A DNA stretch of 64,000 bases from a virus, in the IMG/VR virus record IMGVR_UViG_3300035703_000027, positions 57,190 through 121,189 of that record. The stretch is one strand, 5' to 3'. This document shows positions 26,739-37,276 of this stretch, piece by piece; within the stretch, counting starts at the first letter, position 1; each line of letters starts with the position of its first letter. The notes under the pieces are model-generated. The model saw only the letters and a list, made by a program, of their open reading frames with translations, made no database searches and was not told where the DNA came from. Both the position numbers and the translations under genes were made by a program.

Positions 26739-27123
26739 GCACCTCCCGGCGATCGCCCGGGCGGAACGCGAGAGCCTGTACGGCGTCTGGCGGGCGCGCT
26801 TCGGCGTGAGCCTGGCGGACGAGCGCGCCCGGCGTGTCACCTACGAGCAGGCCGTGCTGGACCTCGAACTGGTGCGCGCGGATGCCGGGGAGGCCGAGCG
26901 CCGGAGCGACCTCGATGACTGGTACGCTCAGATGGAGGAAGCCGACCAGACGCGCGCGCCGGCGGCGGCGCCCGAGGGGCTCGTGGCCCCGGACGTGGAC
27001 GCGGCCAACCAGGACGCGGAGGCGGCAGAGCGGCGGCTGGCGGCGTTGCAGGCGGGGGCGTTCGAGCTGAAGGACGAGACGGTCTACGAGATCGTGGACT
27101 GGAGGGCGGGTGGCACAGATTGA
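26719..27123 (+). CDS. Tail assembly chaperone C-terminal frame, probably reached by a +1 frameshift
   Basis: Open +1 frame from the TTT_CGC site; no start codon before GTG 26806, which lacks an SD. Confidence 0.55.
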   Translation, partial: FATAFHEHLPAIARAERESLYGVWRARFGVSLADERARRVTYEQAVLDLELVRADAGEAERRSDLDDWYAQMEEADQTRAPAAAPEGLVAPDVDAANQDAEAAERRLAALQAGAFELKDETVYEIVDWRAGGTD

Positions 27124-29779
27124 GAACCTGGGCTTCGAGGCCCGGATCGACGTGACCCAGGCCCAGGGGGCCCTCGGAAAGCTGGAGGCCGGCCTGCGCG
27201 CGTTGCAGGAGGCGTTCGCGCGCGCCTCGCGGTCGCGCATCCCGATGCCGGACGCCACGGGCTTCGGCCGCAGCGTCAGCCAGATGGAGGAGCGGCTGCG
27301 GGCGGCCTCGCAGGCCTCGCTCGCGGCCACGAACCAGCTCGACAAGGCGCTCGCCACGATGGCGGCACTGACAAACCAGCGCGTGCAGGCCGCGGCCCGG
27401 GGCAGCACCAACCAGTTGGAGCAGCTCGACCGCAAGATCCTACAGGTGCAGCAGCGCATCCGCACGCTGCACGCGCAGCCGGTTGGCCCGGCGGGCGGCA
27501 TGGGGGGCGGGGGCGCTGGCGGGGCGATGGGCGCGGGCGCCATGGGCGGTGGGCGCGGCCCGGGGGGTGGCGGCGTGCCGCACCACCTGGCGATGGTGCC
27601 TGCGACGGGCGCGCGCACAGCGAACGTCACGAACTTCGCCTCCGGCATGGCCCAGAGCGGCGGCAGCGTGGTGGGCAGCGGCCTCGGGACCGTCGTGGGG
27701 GCCTCGATGGGGTCCGCGGTGCCGGTGATCGGCACGGCGATCGGGGCAGCGCTTGGCGGGATGGTGGGCGGCACCATGCTGAACACCATGCTCGGGTTCG
27801 TGTCGGGTGCGGTGGCGCGGCAGTCCGAGGAGTACATCCGCGAAACCAACCTGTTCAGCCGAGACTCTGTGGTGCGGGGCTTGGAGCCCAACCTGCGCCG
27901 CGAGACGGTGGAGGCGACGGCCGAACGGGTCCAGTTGGCGGGGCGCGCCGACCTGTTCACGCGCGAAGAAACCCGGGGCGCCTACGAGGCGCTCGCGCGC
28001 GGGCAGGGCTTCGTGTCCGATCCCGCGCTGCTGAGCACGCTGAACTTCACGCGCGCCTTCGGCCTCTCGGCCCAGGAGACGGCGGGGCAGATCGGCCGAG
28101 CCGGCCTGTTTACCTCGCTGGATGGCGACCTGACGCGCCAGTTGGCGGCGGGCATCCAGAACTCCGGCATGATGGAGCGGACAGAGGAGGCGCTGGAGGC
28201 CTCCGTCAGCCTGCTGGAGGGCCTCGGCGGGCGCATCGGCAAGCTGAACGACACCCAGACAGCGCAGTTGCTCGCCTTCCAGGCGTCGCTCGCGGGCACG
28301 AACAACCCGCTCTTCCAGGGCCAGCGCGGCGCGCGCGTGGCGCAGGACTTCATGGGCGCGATGGCCGACGGCGCGACGGACGACCAGATGGACGCCCTCA
28401 TCACGCAGGGCCTCATGCGCTACGGCTCCCAGGTGGATCCGTCCTTCGACCCCCAAAAGGCCACCTACTTCGACATGCTCAAGTACCGGGAGACGAACGC
28501 CCTCGACACGGCCAAGTCGTTTTCGATGTTCGCCCGCAACGAGCTGGGCATGGACGACACCGTGGTGCAGATGATGCTGCGCAAGATGACGGGCTGGAGC
28601 GCGACACAGACCGGCGCGTTCTACGAGAACTTCTTCAAGCCCGGGAAGTTCGGGGACCAGGGCCTGATCCAAGCCAAGGACGGCCAGCGCGTGATCGACC
28701 AGGGGCGGGAGGTGCAGCGCAAGGCGTTTTTTGACCAAAAAGATGAGGGCAAGGTGGGCCGGGCGGAGCTGGCGCGCAAGACAGCGCTCGACAGCGAGGA
28801 CTTCGACCGGGCAATCGGCTACGCCGGCTTCCGCAGCTTCAAGGAGCTGCAAAGCACGGTGTTGGGGGTCGGCAACAACCTCATGAACTTCGTGAACCCG
28901 GCGATCGCCAAGTTCAACGAGCTGCTCGCGAACATGGGGGACGTGGTGAACGGCCGGCTGCCGGGCGGCCAGACCGGGTTCGCGGCGCGCTCGGACGGCA
29001 GCCCCGGCGGGCGCGTGCCGCCGGGCGTGGCAGCCGGGCGCCTGTTCATGACGGGCGGGCGCGGCCAGGTCACGAGCGAGGCCGCCGCGGTCCGCCGCAA
29101 CCCCGTGACGGGCCAGATGCAGCCGCACGATGGCATGGACGTTGGGGCGGCGGCCGGGACGCCGGTGTACGCGGCCGAGGCGGGCACCGTCCGCTTCGCG
29201 GGGCCGGCGGGCGACATGGGCAACATGGTGGCGATCGACCACGAGGATGGCAGCATGAGCCGCTACGGGCACCTGCTGGAGGTGCTGGTGGGGACGGGGC
29301 AGCAGGTGTCACGCGGCCAGATGATCGGGAAGGTGGGCTCGACGGGGCGCTCGACGGGCCCCCACCTGCACTTCGAGGTGCGTCGCGGCGGTCAGGCGAT
29401 GGGCCAGGCCGGGGTGGACCAGTGGCTCCAGCAGCACGGGGGCGGCCCGCCCGGGGCGGCGCCGCCGGCCTCCGCGCCGGCGCCCGCGCCGGGCCCGACG
29501 CCGCGCCCTGCGGGCACGCCGCGGCCCGGCCCCTCACCGCGGCCGGCGCAGACCGGCGCGGTGCCCGGGGTCAACCCGCGGGACTACGCGGGCGCGCCCG
29601 CGGCGGCGGTGGCGGGCGCCGGGGGCGCGGCCATCGGGATGCAGGTGGCGTTCTCGCAAAACTTCCAGGTGGTGGGCGGCGACCCCGAGCAGGTGCGGCG
29701 GGCCGCGCGCGAGGGGGCGATCGAGGGCTACAAGCAGGCGGCGACCATGCTGGCCGGGATGACGATGGGAAATGTCTGA
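27110..29779 (+). CDS. Tape measure protein with C-terminal M23 peptidase
   Basis: Helical Ala/Gly-rich body; HDGMD and GPHLHFEV M23 motifs. Confidence 0.88.
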   Translation: MAQIENLGFEARIDVTQAQGALGKLEAGLRALQEAFARASRSRIPMPDATGFGRSVSQMEERLRAASQASLAATNQLDKALATMAALTNQRVQAAARGSTNQLEQLDRKILQVQQRIRTLHAQPVGPAGGMGGGGAGGAMGAGAMGGGRGPGGGGVPHHLAMVPATGARTANVTNFASGMAQSGGSVVGSGLGTVVGASMGSAVPVIGTAIGAALGGMVGGTMLNTMLGFVSGAVARQSEEYIRETNLFSRDSVVRGLEPNLRRETVEATAERVQLAGRADLFTREETRGAYEALARGQGFVSDPALLSTLNFTRAFGLSAQETAGQIGRAGLFTSLDGDLTRQLAAGIQNSGMMERTEEALEASVSLLEGLGGRIGKLNDTQTAQLLAFQASLAGTNNPLFQGQRGARVAQDFMGAMADGATDDQMDALITQGLMRYGSQVDPSFDPQKATYFDMLKYRETNALDTAKSFSMFARNELGMDDTVVQMMLRKMTGWSATQTGAFYENFFKPGKFGDQGLIQAKDGQRVIDQGREVQRKAFFDQKDEGKVGRAELARKTALDSEDFDRAIGYAGFRSFKELQSTVLGVGNNLMNFVNPAIAKFNELLANMGDVVNGRLPGGQTGFAARSDGSPGGRVPPGVAAGRLFMTGGRGQVTSEAAAVRRNPVTGQMQPHDGMDVGAAAGTPVYAAEAGTVRFAGPAGDMGNMVAIDHEDGSMSRYGHLLEVLVGTGQQVSRGQMIGKVGSTGRSTGPHLHFEVRRGGQAMGQAGVDQWLQQHGGGPPGAAPPASAPAPAPGPTPRPAGTPRPGPSPRPAQTGAVPGVNPRDYAGAPAAAVAGAGGAAIGMQVAFSQNFQVVGGDPEQVRRAAREGAIEGYKQAATMLAGMTMGNV

Positions 29780-31583
29780 AAAGACCACGCTGTACGGAGT
29801 CAACGGCAACTACGGCGGCTTGCCGGTTGTGACGGTGCTTGGCGAGGACCGTTCGACGCCGCTTGAGGAGGACATCGTGCTGGCGCAGCACCGCGGCGGC
29901 GTGAGCCTGTGCCGGGTGACGTTCTACAGCGCCAACGGGGTGTTCACGATCAACGGGCAGGTGGGCGAGGGCGAGGATCCCCTCGCGGGGGACCTCATCA
30001 GCGTGAGCACGCAGAAAGACCTGAGCGCGCCGGCGGGCACCTTCACGATCGTGATGCACGACCGCCCCATCCGCACGGAGGGCCCTTACAAGGGCATGCA
30101 CCTCGGGGACGTGGTGGCGCCGATGGATCTCGTGGTCATCTCGTTCGGGCGCCATGACCTCGACAAGCACGCGGTGCCGCTGACGGCCGTCATGGTGGGC
30201 GTGGTGGCGCAAGGCCCCACGGAGTCCGAGCGGATGGGCGAGCACGGGGTGGCGTCCCACACCGTGACCATCACGGGCCACGACTTCGGCAAGCTGTTCC
30301 TGAACGCGCAGCTCACCTACTTTCAGGACGTGCCAAACGCCGACCTGAAGGCCTTTGCGGCCCGCAACCTCATCTTCATCGACAAGGAGTTCAAGTTCCC
30401 GGCGGGGTCCAAGGCCTACATCATCGCGTACATCCTCGAAAAGGTGTTCTATCCCCGCGTCAGCCTGAGCTACCGCTTCGCGGCCGAGGGCACGCCGAAC
30501 GGCCTGCAAGACATCCGCAGCCTGTTCGGCTACTACCTCGGGCAGACCTACGGCCTTTTGTACGAGGGCAAGGCCTTCTTGCAGCAGGAGGACACGGTGT
30601 GGAACCTGATGGAGAACCACGCCGAGCAGCCATGGTGCGAGCTGTTCATCGACTGCGTGCCGGCGGAGGGGGATGCGGAACCTGAAGATTGGCTTAACCG
30701 TATGACCCAAGTCGGCGCCATTGACATCAGCGGCGCGCGCCAGGTGGGGCCAGAAGGCGAGTTCCGGCTGACACAGCAAGAGGGCGCGGAGCACGACGGC
30801 ATCAAGCCCAAGATCGTGCCGCGCACGTTCGACAACTCAAAGGTGTACCTGATACTGCGTATGGCCCCGTTCTGCAAAGATTCGTGGCGCCGGCTGCCGG
30901 TGTTCAAGATTGACGACACGGTGGTGCTAGACGGGACGGTCGGGGGCGAGCCGACGGTCTACAACGTGTTCTACGCAAAGGTGGCGGCCTTCCTCGGGAT
31001 GGACAAGGTGAGCGCGGTGCTCACGAACATCCCGCTGTTCAACCGCACGAGCTACCTGCGGTTCGGCTACCGGCCGCTGGTGGCGCACTCGTCGGTGTTC
31101 CCGCTAACGCGTAAGCAGCGCCAGGATCCCGCTTACAAGGCGGACAACACCTTCAGCGCGGTGTCGCGCACGCTCACCAAGCTGTTGTATGACTGGTACG
31201 CGCCAAGCGCCGACTTCGTGGCGGGCTCCATGACGGTGCAGGGCCATCCGGCCTACCGCATCGGGACGCGGCTCCGGCGCACCTACCTCTCCCGGGGCGA
31301 TCGCCGCACCGAGGTGCAGGTGCCGGTGATGGTGTCGCCCGACGCCCCGGTGGCGGGCGAGCCCCAGACCGTCACGATGGGGGGCGGGCCGCTGGTGCGC
31401 GAGTTCTACATCGAGGGCGTGAGCCACTCGTGGCAGGCCTTCGGGACCTACACGACGACGCTGCGGGTGACGCGCGGGCTGCCGCTCGCGGCGCGCGCGA
31501 CGGACCCGTCGGCGCGTCACCCCAAGTTCGACCAGGGCGACATCACGATCCCGCCCGACGACGTGTACCCCTTCCGCCACTAG
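29772..31583 (+). CDS. Baseplate hub protein
   Basis: TQKDLSAPAGTF.I, ITG.DFGK, YRIG.RL, EFYIEGVSHSW...TT.L.VTRG. Confidence 0.75.
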   Translation: MSEKTTLYGVNGNYGGLPVVTVLGEDRSTPLEEDIVLAQHRGGVSLCRVTFYSANGVFTINGQVGEGEDPLAGDLISVSTQKDLSAPAGTFTIVMHDRPIRTEGPYKGMHLGDVVAPMDLVVISFGRHDLDKHAVPLTAVMVGVVAQGPTESERMGEHGVASHTVTITGHDFGKLFLNAQLTYFQDVPNADLKAFAARNLIFIDKEFKFPAGSKAYIIAYILEKVFYPRVSLSYRFAAEGTPNGLQDIRSLFGYYLGQTYGLLYEGKAFLQQEDTVWNLMENHAEQPWCELFIDCVPAEGDAEPEDWLNRMTQVGAIDISGARQVGPEGEFRLTQQEGAEHDGIKPKIVPRTFDNSKVYLILRMAPFCKDSWRRLPVFKIDDTVVLDGTVGGEPTVYNVFYAKVAAFLGMDKVSAVLTNIPLFNRTSYLRFGYRPLVAHSSVFPLTRKQRQDPAYKADNTFSAVSRTLTKLLYDWYAPSADFVAGSMTVQGHPAYRIGTRLRRTYLSRGDRRTEVQVPVMVSPDAPVAGEPQTVTMGGGPLVREFYIEGVSHSWQAFGTYTTTLRVTRGLPLAARATDPSARHPKFDQGDITIPPDDVYPFRH

Positions 31584-31592
31584 GAGGCCGCC

Positions 31593-32561
31593 GTGCTTCA
31601 CCACCGCCAGGCCGGGTTGCCGGCCCCCCGGGACACCCGCAAGGAGGCCGTGGGGGGGCTCTCGAACCTGCACATGGGCCGCGTGACCTTCGTGCACTGG
31701 GCGGAGCGCTGCGTGGATCTGCTGCTCGACGACGCCACGGTGCTGTCCCGGGTGCCGGTGCTCGGGCCGGACAGCGGGCCCGACCGCGGCACGGACGACC
31801 TCCCGCGAAAGCGCGCGCTGGTGGTGGTGGCGTTCCTGTACGGGCACCGCGACCAGCCGGTGGTGCTCGGGTGCCTGAACCGCCCCAGCCACGCGCTGCC
31901 GGTCCCGGAGGTGCCCGAGGACGATCGCGGGGGGCTGAGCCGCCGGGTGTGGGCGAGCGGGACGCACGCGGCGGTGCTCGGGGACGGCCAGTTCGAGCTG
32001 CGCACGCCGGACGGCACGGTGATCGTGGTCGGGCCGGAGCCGGCGGCGGTGGGCAACTTCAGCGAGACGCAGCGCGAGGCGTGGAACGGCAACCCCTACA
32101 AGGCGCCGGAGCCGGAGGCGCGCGAGGCACCGCCGGACTTCGCCGTGACCATCCGGCGCCCGGACGGCACGCATGTGACGCTCAAGGGCGGCAAGCTGAC
32201 GATCGAGGCGCCCGAGACGGTGGAGGTGACGCAGACCGACGGCGGCACGGTGCTGCTTGCGGGCGGCAAGGCGACGGTGACGGCGCCCGGGCGCATCCAG
32301 GTGGAGCAAGAGGGCCAGGGGTCCATCACGCTGGACGGCGCCACGCTGACGCTCAAGGCGCCCGGCAAGGTGGACGTGCAGGCGCCGTCCATTCACCTGC
32401 GCGCGGGGCCGTCGGGCCTCGCCGTGAGCCCTGCGGGCGTGGCGCTGGTGGGCCCGTCGCTCCAGTGGTACGCGACGCCCCTGACGGTCGCGCAGTTCCC
32501 GCCCGCGGGGCCCGTGAACCTCATCCCGATGCCGGGCGTGTCGCCGCTCCCGCTCGTGTAG
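31593..32561 (+). CDS. Baseplate central spike / puncturing protein
   Basis: N-terminal OB-like domain then beta-helix-type repeats; GGAGG SD. Confidence 0.7.
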   Translation: MLHHRQAGLPAPRDTRKEAVGGLSNLHMGRVTFVHWAERCVDLLLDDATVLSRVPVLGPDSGPDRGTDDLPRKRALVVVAFLYGHRDQPVVLGCLNRPSHALPVPEVPEDDRGGLSRRVWASGTHAAVLGDGQFELRTPDGTVIVVGPEPAAVGNFSETQREAWNGNPYKAPEPEAREAPPDFAVTIRRPDGTHVTLKGGKLTIEAPETVEVTQTDGGTVLLAGGKATVTAPGRIQVEQEGQGSITLDGATLTLKAPGKVDVQAPSIHLRAGPSGLAVSPAGVALVGPSLQWYATPLTVAQFPPAGPVNLIPMPGVSPLPLV

Positions 32562-32564
32562 CCC

Positions 32565-32605
32565 TGGCAAAGCGAGGCGGCGGCGCGCCCCGGCCCCGCT
32601 AGACT
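32565..32605 (+). promoter_or_regulatory. TGGCAA-class promoter TGGCAAA-N28-TAGACT
   Basis: Exact spacing; followed by AGGAGG and ATG 32623. Confidence 0.7.
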
Positions 32606-32622
32606 GGAGGCAGGAGGGGGCG

Positions 32623-33600
32623 ATGCCGGCGCAAACCGACGAGTCGAACGACGCGCGCGAGATGCGGGCGTTCACGCTGGAGCTTCGCCGCCCCGGCGAG
32701 GACCCGGCGTATCTCACGCTGCCCATCAACCCGCAGAGCCTGACGATCACGCACCCGTCGCGCAACGCCCCGCAGCACACGCTCGGCGGCCACTACATCG
32801 AGGCGTGGGGCCCGGGCCTGCCGTCCATCACGCTGGAGGGGCACACGGGGTACGCGCCCCGCAGCCCGGTCGAAGGCATCGAAGCGCTGGACGGCTACCA
32901 GGCATTTCGGGCGCTGCTCGACATGCTCAGGCTTTACGACGTGGCGACGACCCGCCAGCGCAACGTGGTGGTCAAGCCCGGCGCGGAGCTGGCGCAGCTC
33001 TTTCTTCACTACTGGGAGGAGGACGAGCACTGGGAGGTCGTGCCGACGGGCTCGGACGCCCTGCGGCGCTCGCGCAGCGCGGACTCCCCGCTGCTGTTCC
33101 GCTACCAGCTCTCGCTGACAGGGGTCGCGCCCGCGACGGTAAGCGACGAGCTGTCGATGCTGCTCGGGTTGCCGTCGCTCGACAACCTGCTCGGCAACCT
33201 CACAAAGGACTGGGGCGAGGTGGGCAAGTTCCTCGGGGCCCTCGGGGCCGGGGCCTCCGCCGCGGCCAAGGTTGCCAAGGAATACGCGGACAAGGCCAAA
33301 GGCTTGATGACCAAGGCCCAGAAGGTCATCCAGACCGGCACGAAGGCCATCAACGCCCTGCTTGCACCCGTGCGCGCGCTGGTAAAGGAGGGCCGCGCAC
33401 TGCTCGCGCAGGCCTCGCGTGTCGTCAACTCCTTGGCGGCGTTCGGGGGCACGCTTAGCCGGGCGGAGGCGGCGCTCGGCATCCGGGCGCTGCGCTGCTT
33501 CAACAACACCTTCGCCCAGATCGCGGCGTGGGGCCGCAAGTTCGTCTCGCCCATCACGGACGGCTGGGCGCGCTACCGCAAGTCGTATGAGCGGTGCTGA
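32623..33600 (+). CDS. Baseplate / tube-initiator-like protein
   Basis: L.INPQSL......R....TLGG.....WG.GL..ITL.G.TG. Confidence 0.65.
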   Translation: MPAQTDESNDAREMRAFTLELRRPGEDPAYLTLPINPQSLTITHPSRNAPQHTLGGHYIEAWGPGLPSITLEGHTGYAPRSPVEGIEALDGYQAFRALLDMLRLYDVATTRQRNVVVKPGAELAQLFLHYWEEDEHWEVVPTGSDALRRSRSADSPLLFRYQLSLTGVAPATVSDELSMLLGLPSLDNLLGNLTKDWGEVGKFLGALGAGASAAAKVAKEYADKAKGLMTKAQKVIQTGTKAINALLAPVRALVKEGRALLAQASRVVNSLAAFGGTLSRAEAALGIRALRCFNNTFAQIAAWGRKFVSPITDGWARYRKSYERC

Positions 33601-33602
33601 CG

Positions 33603-34181
33603 ATGGCGGCGACGTGGCACACCGTCTTGCAGTCCGACACCCTGCGCGGGTTGGCCGTCCGGTACTACGGCGACCACCAGCGCTGGGTGGAGATCGCCAA
33701 GGCCAACGGCATCGTCAACGAGTACGACAACCTCTCGGCCTACAACACGCTGCTGATCCCCGACCTGACGGACGAGGCGCTGGGCGACCCGGGCGACCCG
33801 TTCTACGTGGACGTGGCGGTGGGGGCGGACGGCGGGCTGGCGCTGGACGCGCGGGGCGAGGTGCGGCCGGTGGGCGGCCCCGAGAACCTGATGGCCGGCC
33901 TGCTGCGGGCGCTGACCACCGACATAGGGGATCTGCTGCCGCACCCTGGCTATGGGATCGCGCTGTCGCGCTACATCGGCTTCGCCGGCACGCCGCTGTT
34001 CCACCGCTTCCTGGCGCTGGAGGTGCGGCGCGTCATCCTGCGCGACCCGCGGGTGGCGGACGTGAAGAACATCCGGGTGCGCCAGAAGCCGGGCACCCGC
34101 CACATCGAGATCGCCGCGGAGGTGCTGCCCATCGGGGGCGGCGCCTTCATTCGGCTGTTGTTTGACCGGGAGGCCGCATGA
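33603..34181 (+). CDS. LysM plus gp25-like baseplate wedge protein
   Basis: HTV...DTL..LA.RYYGD...W..IA.AN; HPGYG; DPRV..V. Confidence 0.8.
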   Translation: MAATWHTVLQSDTLRGLAVRYYGDHQRWVEIAKANGIVNEYDNLSAYNTLLIPDLTDEALGDPGDPFYVDVAVGADGGLALDARGEVRPVGGPENLMAGLLRALTTDIGDLLPHPGYGIALSRYIGFAGTPLFHRFLALEVRRVILRDPRVADVKNIRVRQKPGTRHIEIAAEVLPIGGGAFIRLLFDREAA

Positions 34182-35287
34182 GTGACCCCTTGAGGCCGTT
34201 GCCCTTCGACCAGATCGTGCAGGCGATGGCCGACCAGTTCACGGCCTACCAGATCGCCACGGACATGCCCCTGACGGACCTGTCCGAGGGCTCCGTGGTG
34301 CGCAGCCTCATGGAGGCCGTGGCGGCGCCGCTTGAGGATCTCATGCTGCGGTTCACGGTGGACTTGCCGAGCCAGTATTTCCTGGACCAGGCCAGCGGCG
34401 CCGCCCTGGACCGCCTGATCGAGAGCTTCACCTTCGGCCTGCTCGCGCGCATCCCGGCCGCCACGGCAGCGGGCGAGGTGGTGCTGGTGGGGACCTCGGG
34501 GGCCATCACGACGGCGAGCGCCGAGGCGCGCACGGCGGACAACTGGCGCGTGCGGCTGCTGGCGCCCGTGACTCTGGTCGCGGGCCAGACGCGGGCGACG
34601 GTGCCTGCGGTCGCGCTGCGGACGGGAGCGGCCGGCAACCTGCCAAAAGGCACGCGCCTGACTCTGGATCCGCCGGTGGCCGGGGTGTCGCACCTGGAGG
34701 TGGCGACGGCGTGGTCGGGCGGGAGCGACGAGCAGAGCGACGAGGACTTTTTGGCCTCGCTCATCACGTGGATCGGGTCGCTGTCGCGCGCGACGCGGCC
34801 GGCGCTGCTGGTGGGGGCGCAGGCGGCGGGCTACCAGTGGGCCTACGTGGCGGAGACGGGTGGGGCCGTGCGGGTGTACCTCGACGACGGTGGCCCGGTG
34901 AGCGAGACGAAGCTCGCCGCGGCCCAGGCCCTGATCGCCCGGGAGTGGAAGGCGGCGGGTGTCTATCTGCGGGTGCTGCCGCGCGTCGCGCACCCCATCA
35001 CGCTGGTGGCGGAGGCTTTCAGCAGCCCGACGGCCACCAAGGCGGAGCTGGAGACGCGCATCGAGGCCGCCTGGCAGGCGGTGTTTGACGCCAAGCGCAT
35101 GGGGGACGCCGTGAGCCGGCTGGACCTGTTGGCGGCGGCGGCCGGCGTGGCGGGCTACAACGGCGTGAACCTGGAGAACCCAGACTACGAGGTGCGCCCG
35201 GCGCTCGACGAGTACGGGGCGACGTTCGGGGACGGCGACCTGTACCCGTATGAGCGGCCGGTGCTGGCCGGGGTCACGTGGCAATGA
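34178..35287 (+). CDS. Baseplate J-like wedge protein
   Basis: GSVVRSL.EA, A.G..LD, G..GN, GG.DEQSD..F. Confidence 0.85.
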   Translation: MSDPLRPLPFDQIVQAMADQFTAYQIATDMPLTDLSEGSVVRSLMEAVAAPLEDLMLRFTVDLPSQYFLDQASGAALDRLIESFTFGLLARIPAATAAGEVVLVGTSGAITTASAEARTADNWRVRLLAPVTLVAGQTRATVPAVALRTGAAGNLPKGTRLTLDPPVAGVSHLEVATAWSGGSDEQSDEDFLASLITWIGSLSRATRPALLVGAQAAGYQWAYVAETGGAVRVYLDDGGPVSETKLAAAQALIAREWKAAGVYLRVLPRVAHPITLVAEAFSSPTATKAELETRIEAAWQAVFDAKRMGDAVSRLDLLAAAAGVAGYNGVNLENPDYEVRPALDEYGATFGDGDLYPYERPVLAGVTWQ

Positions 35288-36198
35288 CGGCCACGCTGGA
35301 CGCGGCACGCGCCAAGGCCTACCGCCGGATCTTCGCGCACCTGCCGCGCAACTTCCTGGATCCACGCCACCCGAACAACGAGCTGGTGGTGGGGGCGCTC
35401 GCGCACGGGCTGGCGCTGACCACGGTGCTGTACGAGGCGGCGGAGGCCGGGCTGTTCCTCGACACGGCAGGCCAAGAGCTGGTGGCGGACGTGCACGGGG
35501 ACGGGCTCGCGCCGTTGCAGCGCTGGGCCTTGTGGCTGAACGTGCCGCTCATCGCGGGCGAAACGGACGCGCGGCTGCGCGCACGCATCATGGCGCGCCT
35601 GTACTCGCCACGGCTGACCATCGCGGCGATCGAGGACGCGGTGTCGCGGGCGACCGGGCGCACGGTGCGGGTGCAGGAAAGCTACGAGCAGGTGGCGCGG
35701 TTCAACGCGGGGCCCTTCGGGGGCCAGCGCATCGCCGGGAGCCGCTTCAACTGGGGCCGTATCGAGGTGGTGACGGAGCTTCAGGTGGGCGACCCGCCGC
35801 TCGCCGGCACGTCGCCGGTGTCGGCCCTGCTGCGGGAGATGCGGGCCGCGGGCATCTACTGGCGGCACTTGGAGCGAACGCGCGGCCTGGCGCGCTTAGA
35901 ATGGGAGACGCTGGGGTCGGCAACTTGGGCGGCCCGGTCGGTGGTGCGGTTGTGGTCACAGGGGCTGCGGCCGAACCAGCCGGCCCCATGGCGCCCGACG
36001 CGACGGTTCTGGCACCTCGGCGGCACGCTTGCGGCGCGGGGTCACGCGGTGCAGCGGGGCGGCGGCGCCATGCTGCTCGCAGGGCCGGCCGGGGGGCCAT
36101 TGGACGAGGTGCTCGCACGCCACCGGCCGGCGGGGACGCTGGTGCTCACCTGGGACGACACGCGCAGCCACTGGGATGAGACGGACTGGAACGCATGA
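35284..36198 (+). CDS. Baseplate wedge protein (gpI-like)
   Basis: GETD..LR.RI motif; follows the J-like gene. Confidence 0.65.
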   Translation: MTATLDAARAKAYRRIFAHLPRNFLDPRHPNNELVVGALAHGLALTTVLYEAAEAGLFLDTAGQELVADVHGDGLAPLQRWALWLNVPLIAGETDARLRARIMARLYSPRLTIAAIEDAVSRATGRTVRVQESYEQVARFNAGPFGGQRIAGSRFNWGRIEVVTELQVGDPPLAGTSPVSALLREMRAAGIYWRHLERTRGLARLEWETLGSATWAARSVVRLWSQGLRPNQPAPWRPTRRFWHLGGTLAARGHAVQRGGGAMLLAGPAGGPLDEVLARHRPAGTLVLTWDDTRSHWDETDWNA

Positions 36199-36854
36199 CC
36201 GAGCCGCTGGAAACCCCGATCTACCTGTTGCCGCGCCAGGCCGGCGGGCCTGCCAACCGGGCGCGCTTCAACCAGGCGCTCGACCGGATCGACACGCTGC
36301 TGGGCGGCCTCGCCGCGCAGGTGGCGACGGTGGATCTGGAGGTGCCGCGCATCAAGCAGCACGGGCCCTTCGTGATGGCGGGGGGCGAGACACAGGTCGA
36401 GCTGCCCGAGCTGTACCAGGTGGGCGCGCGGCGGCTGGAGGTGGAGCGCAGCGGCGTGCGCCACGTGCTGGGGGTGCATTATCAGGAGTTAGACGCGCGC
36501 ACGATCGAGTTCTTCGACCCGTGCCAGCCAGGGGAGATTGTGATGGTGACGGAGTACCAGATCGGGCGCGACGCCGGCGCCCTCGCACCGCTGCCCGCCG
36601 GGCCGATGTACACGGCCACCGAGCCGCCCACCGGGACGATCGACAGCACGGACGGCAGCGACGGCAACGGGACCTTCCTGCTCACGCGGCCCATCGCCGA
36701 CGGCACCACCCCGCGGGTGGTCATCAGCGGCGTCATCGAGTTGGCTCCGGTGGCACACTTCACCTGGGCCGGCAACACCGTGACCATCCTGCCCGGCTAC
36801 AAGCCGATCCAGGGTGAAACGCTCAGCGTCGAGTACCGCTGGGCCTTTTCTTGA
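36195..36854 (+). CDS. Fibre-associated structural protein
   Basis: C-terminal E.P.G.ID..N..F.L module also present at the end of 38631..39995. Confidence 0.55.
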   Translation: MTEPLETPIYLLPRQAGGPANRARFNQALDRIDTLLGGLAAQVATVDLEVPRIKQHGPFVMAGGETQVELPELYQVGARRLEVERSGVRHVLGVHYQELDARTIEFFDPCQPGEIVMVTEYQIGRDAGALAPLPAGPMYTATEPPTGTIDSTDGSDGNGTFLLTRPIADGTTPRVVISGVIELAPVAHFTWAGNTVTILPGYKPIQGETLSVEYRWAFS

Positions 36855-36862
36855 GGGCGACC

Positions 36863-37174
36863 ATGTTCTACGTGAGTATTTCCGGCACGCTGGACATCAA
36901 CAGCAACCTGAACGGCGGGGCGAGCGACGCCGGCGTGACCTACGAGGTGCCTGCCGGCTGTGCGTCCCTGTTTGCCGTCAACGCCTCGACGGGGCTCGTG
37001 ACGCCCGCAGCCACCGGGATGGGCGTCGTGCTGGTGAAAAACGCCAGCACGGGTGTGGTGCTGCGCCGGCTGCCGGTGTGTGTCTTGTCGGTGAGTGAGT
37101 TCAGCATCCGCCAGCAGCTCGCCAGCGGGGCCGTCACGCTTGCCACGGGGATCGCGGCGGCAAACGGGGCTTAG
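36863..37174 (+). CDS. Small Ig-like beta protein, paralog of the 38316-38630 segment
   Basis: MFYVSISGTL versus MYSVSLGGTL; V...TG.VT..ATG.G.VLV. Confidence 0.5.
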   Translation: MFYVSISGTLDINSNLNGGASDAGVTYEVPAGCASLFAVNASTGLVTPAATGMGVVLVKNASTGVVLRRLPVCVLSVSEFSIRQQLASGAVTLATGIAAANGA

Positions 37175-37276
37175 CCTGTCCGGGCCGCCAGGGCCCCGCC
37201 ACTTTCACAGCGCCGCGGACGCCATTCCATCATCGCGCAGGCAACGGCCGGGTGCTCCACATCAGTCGAGGGCAGC

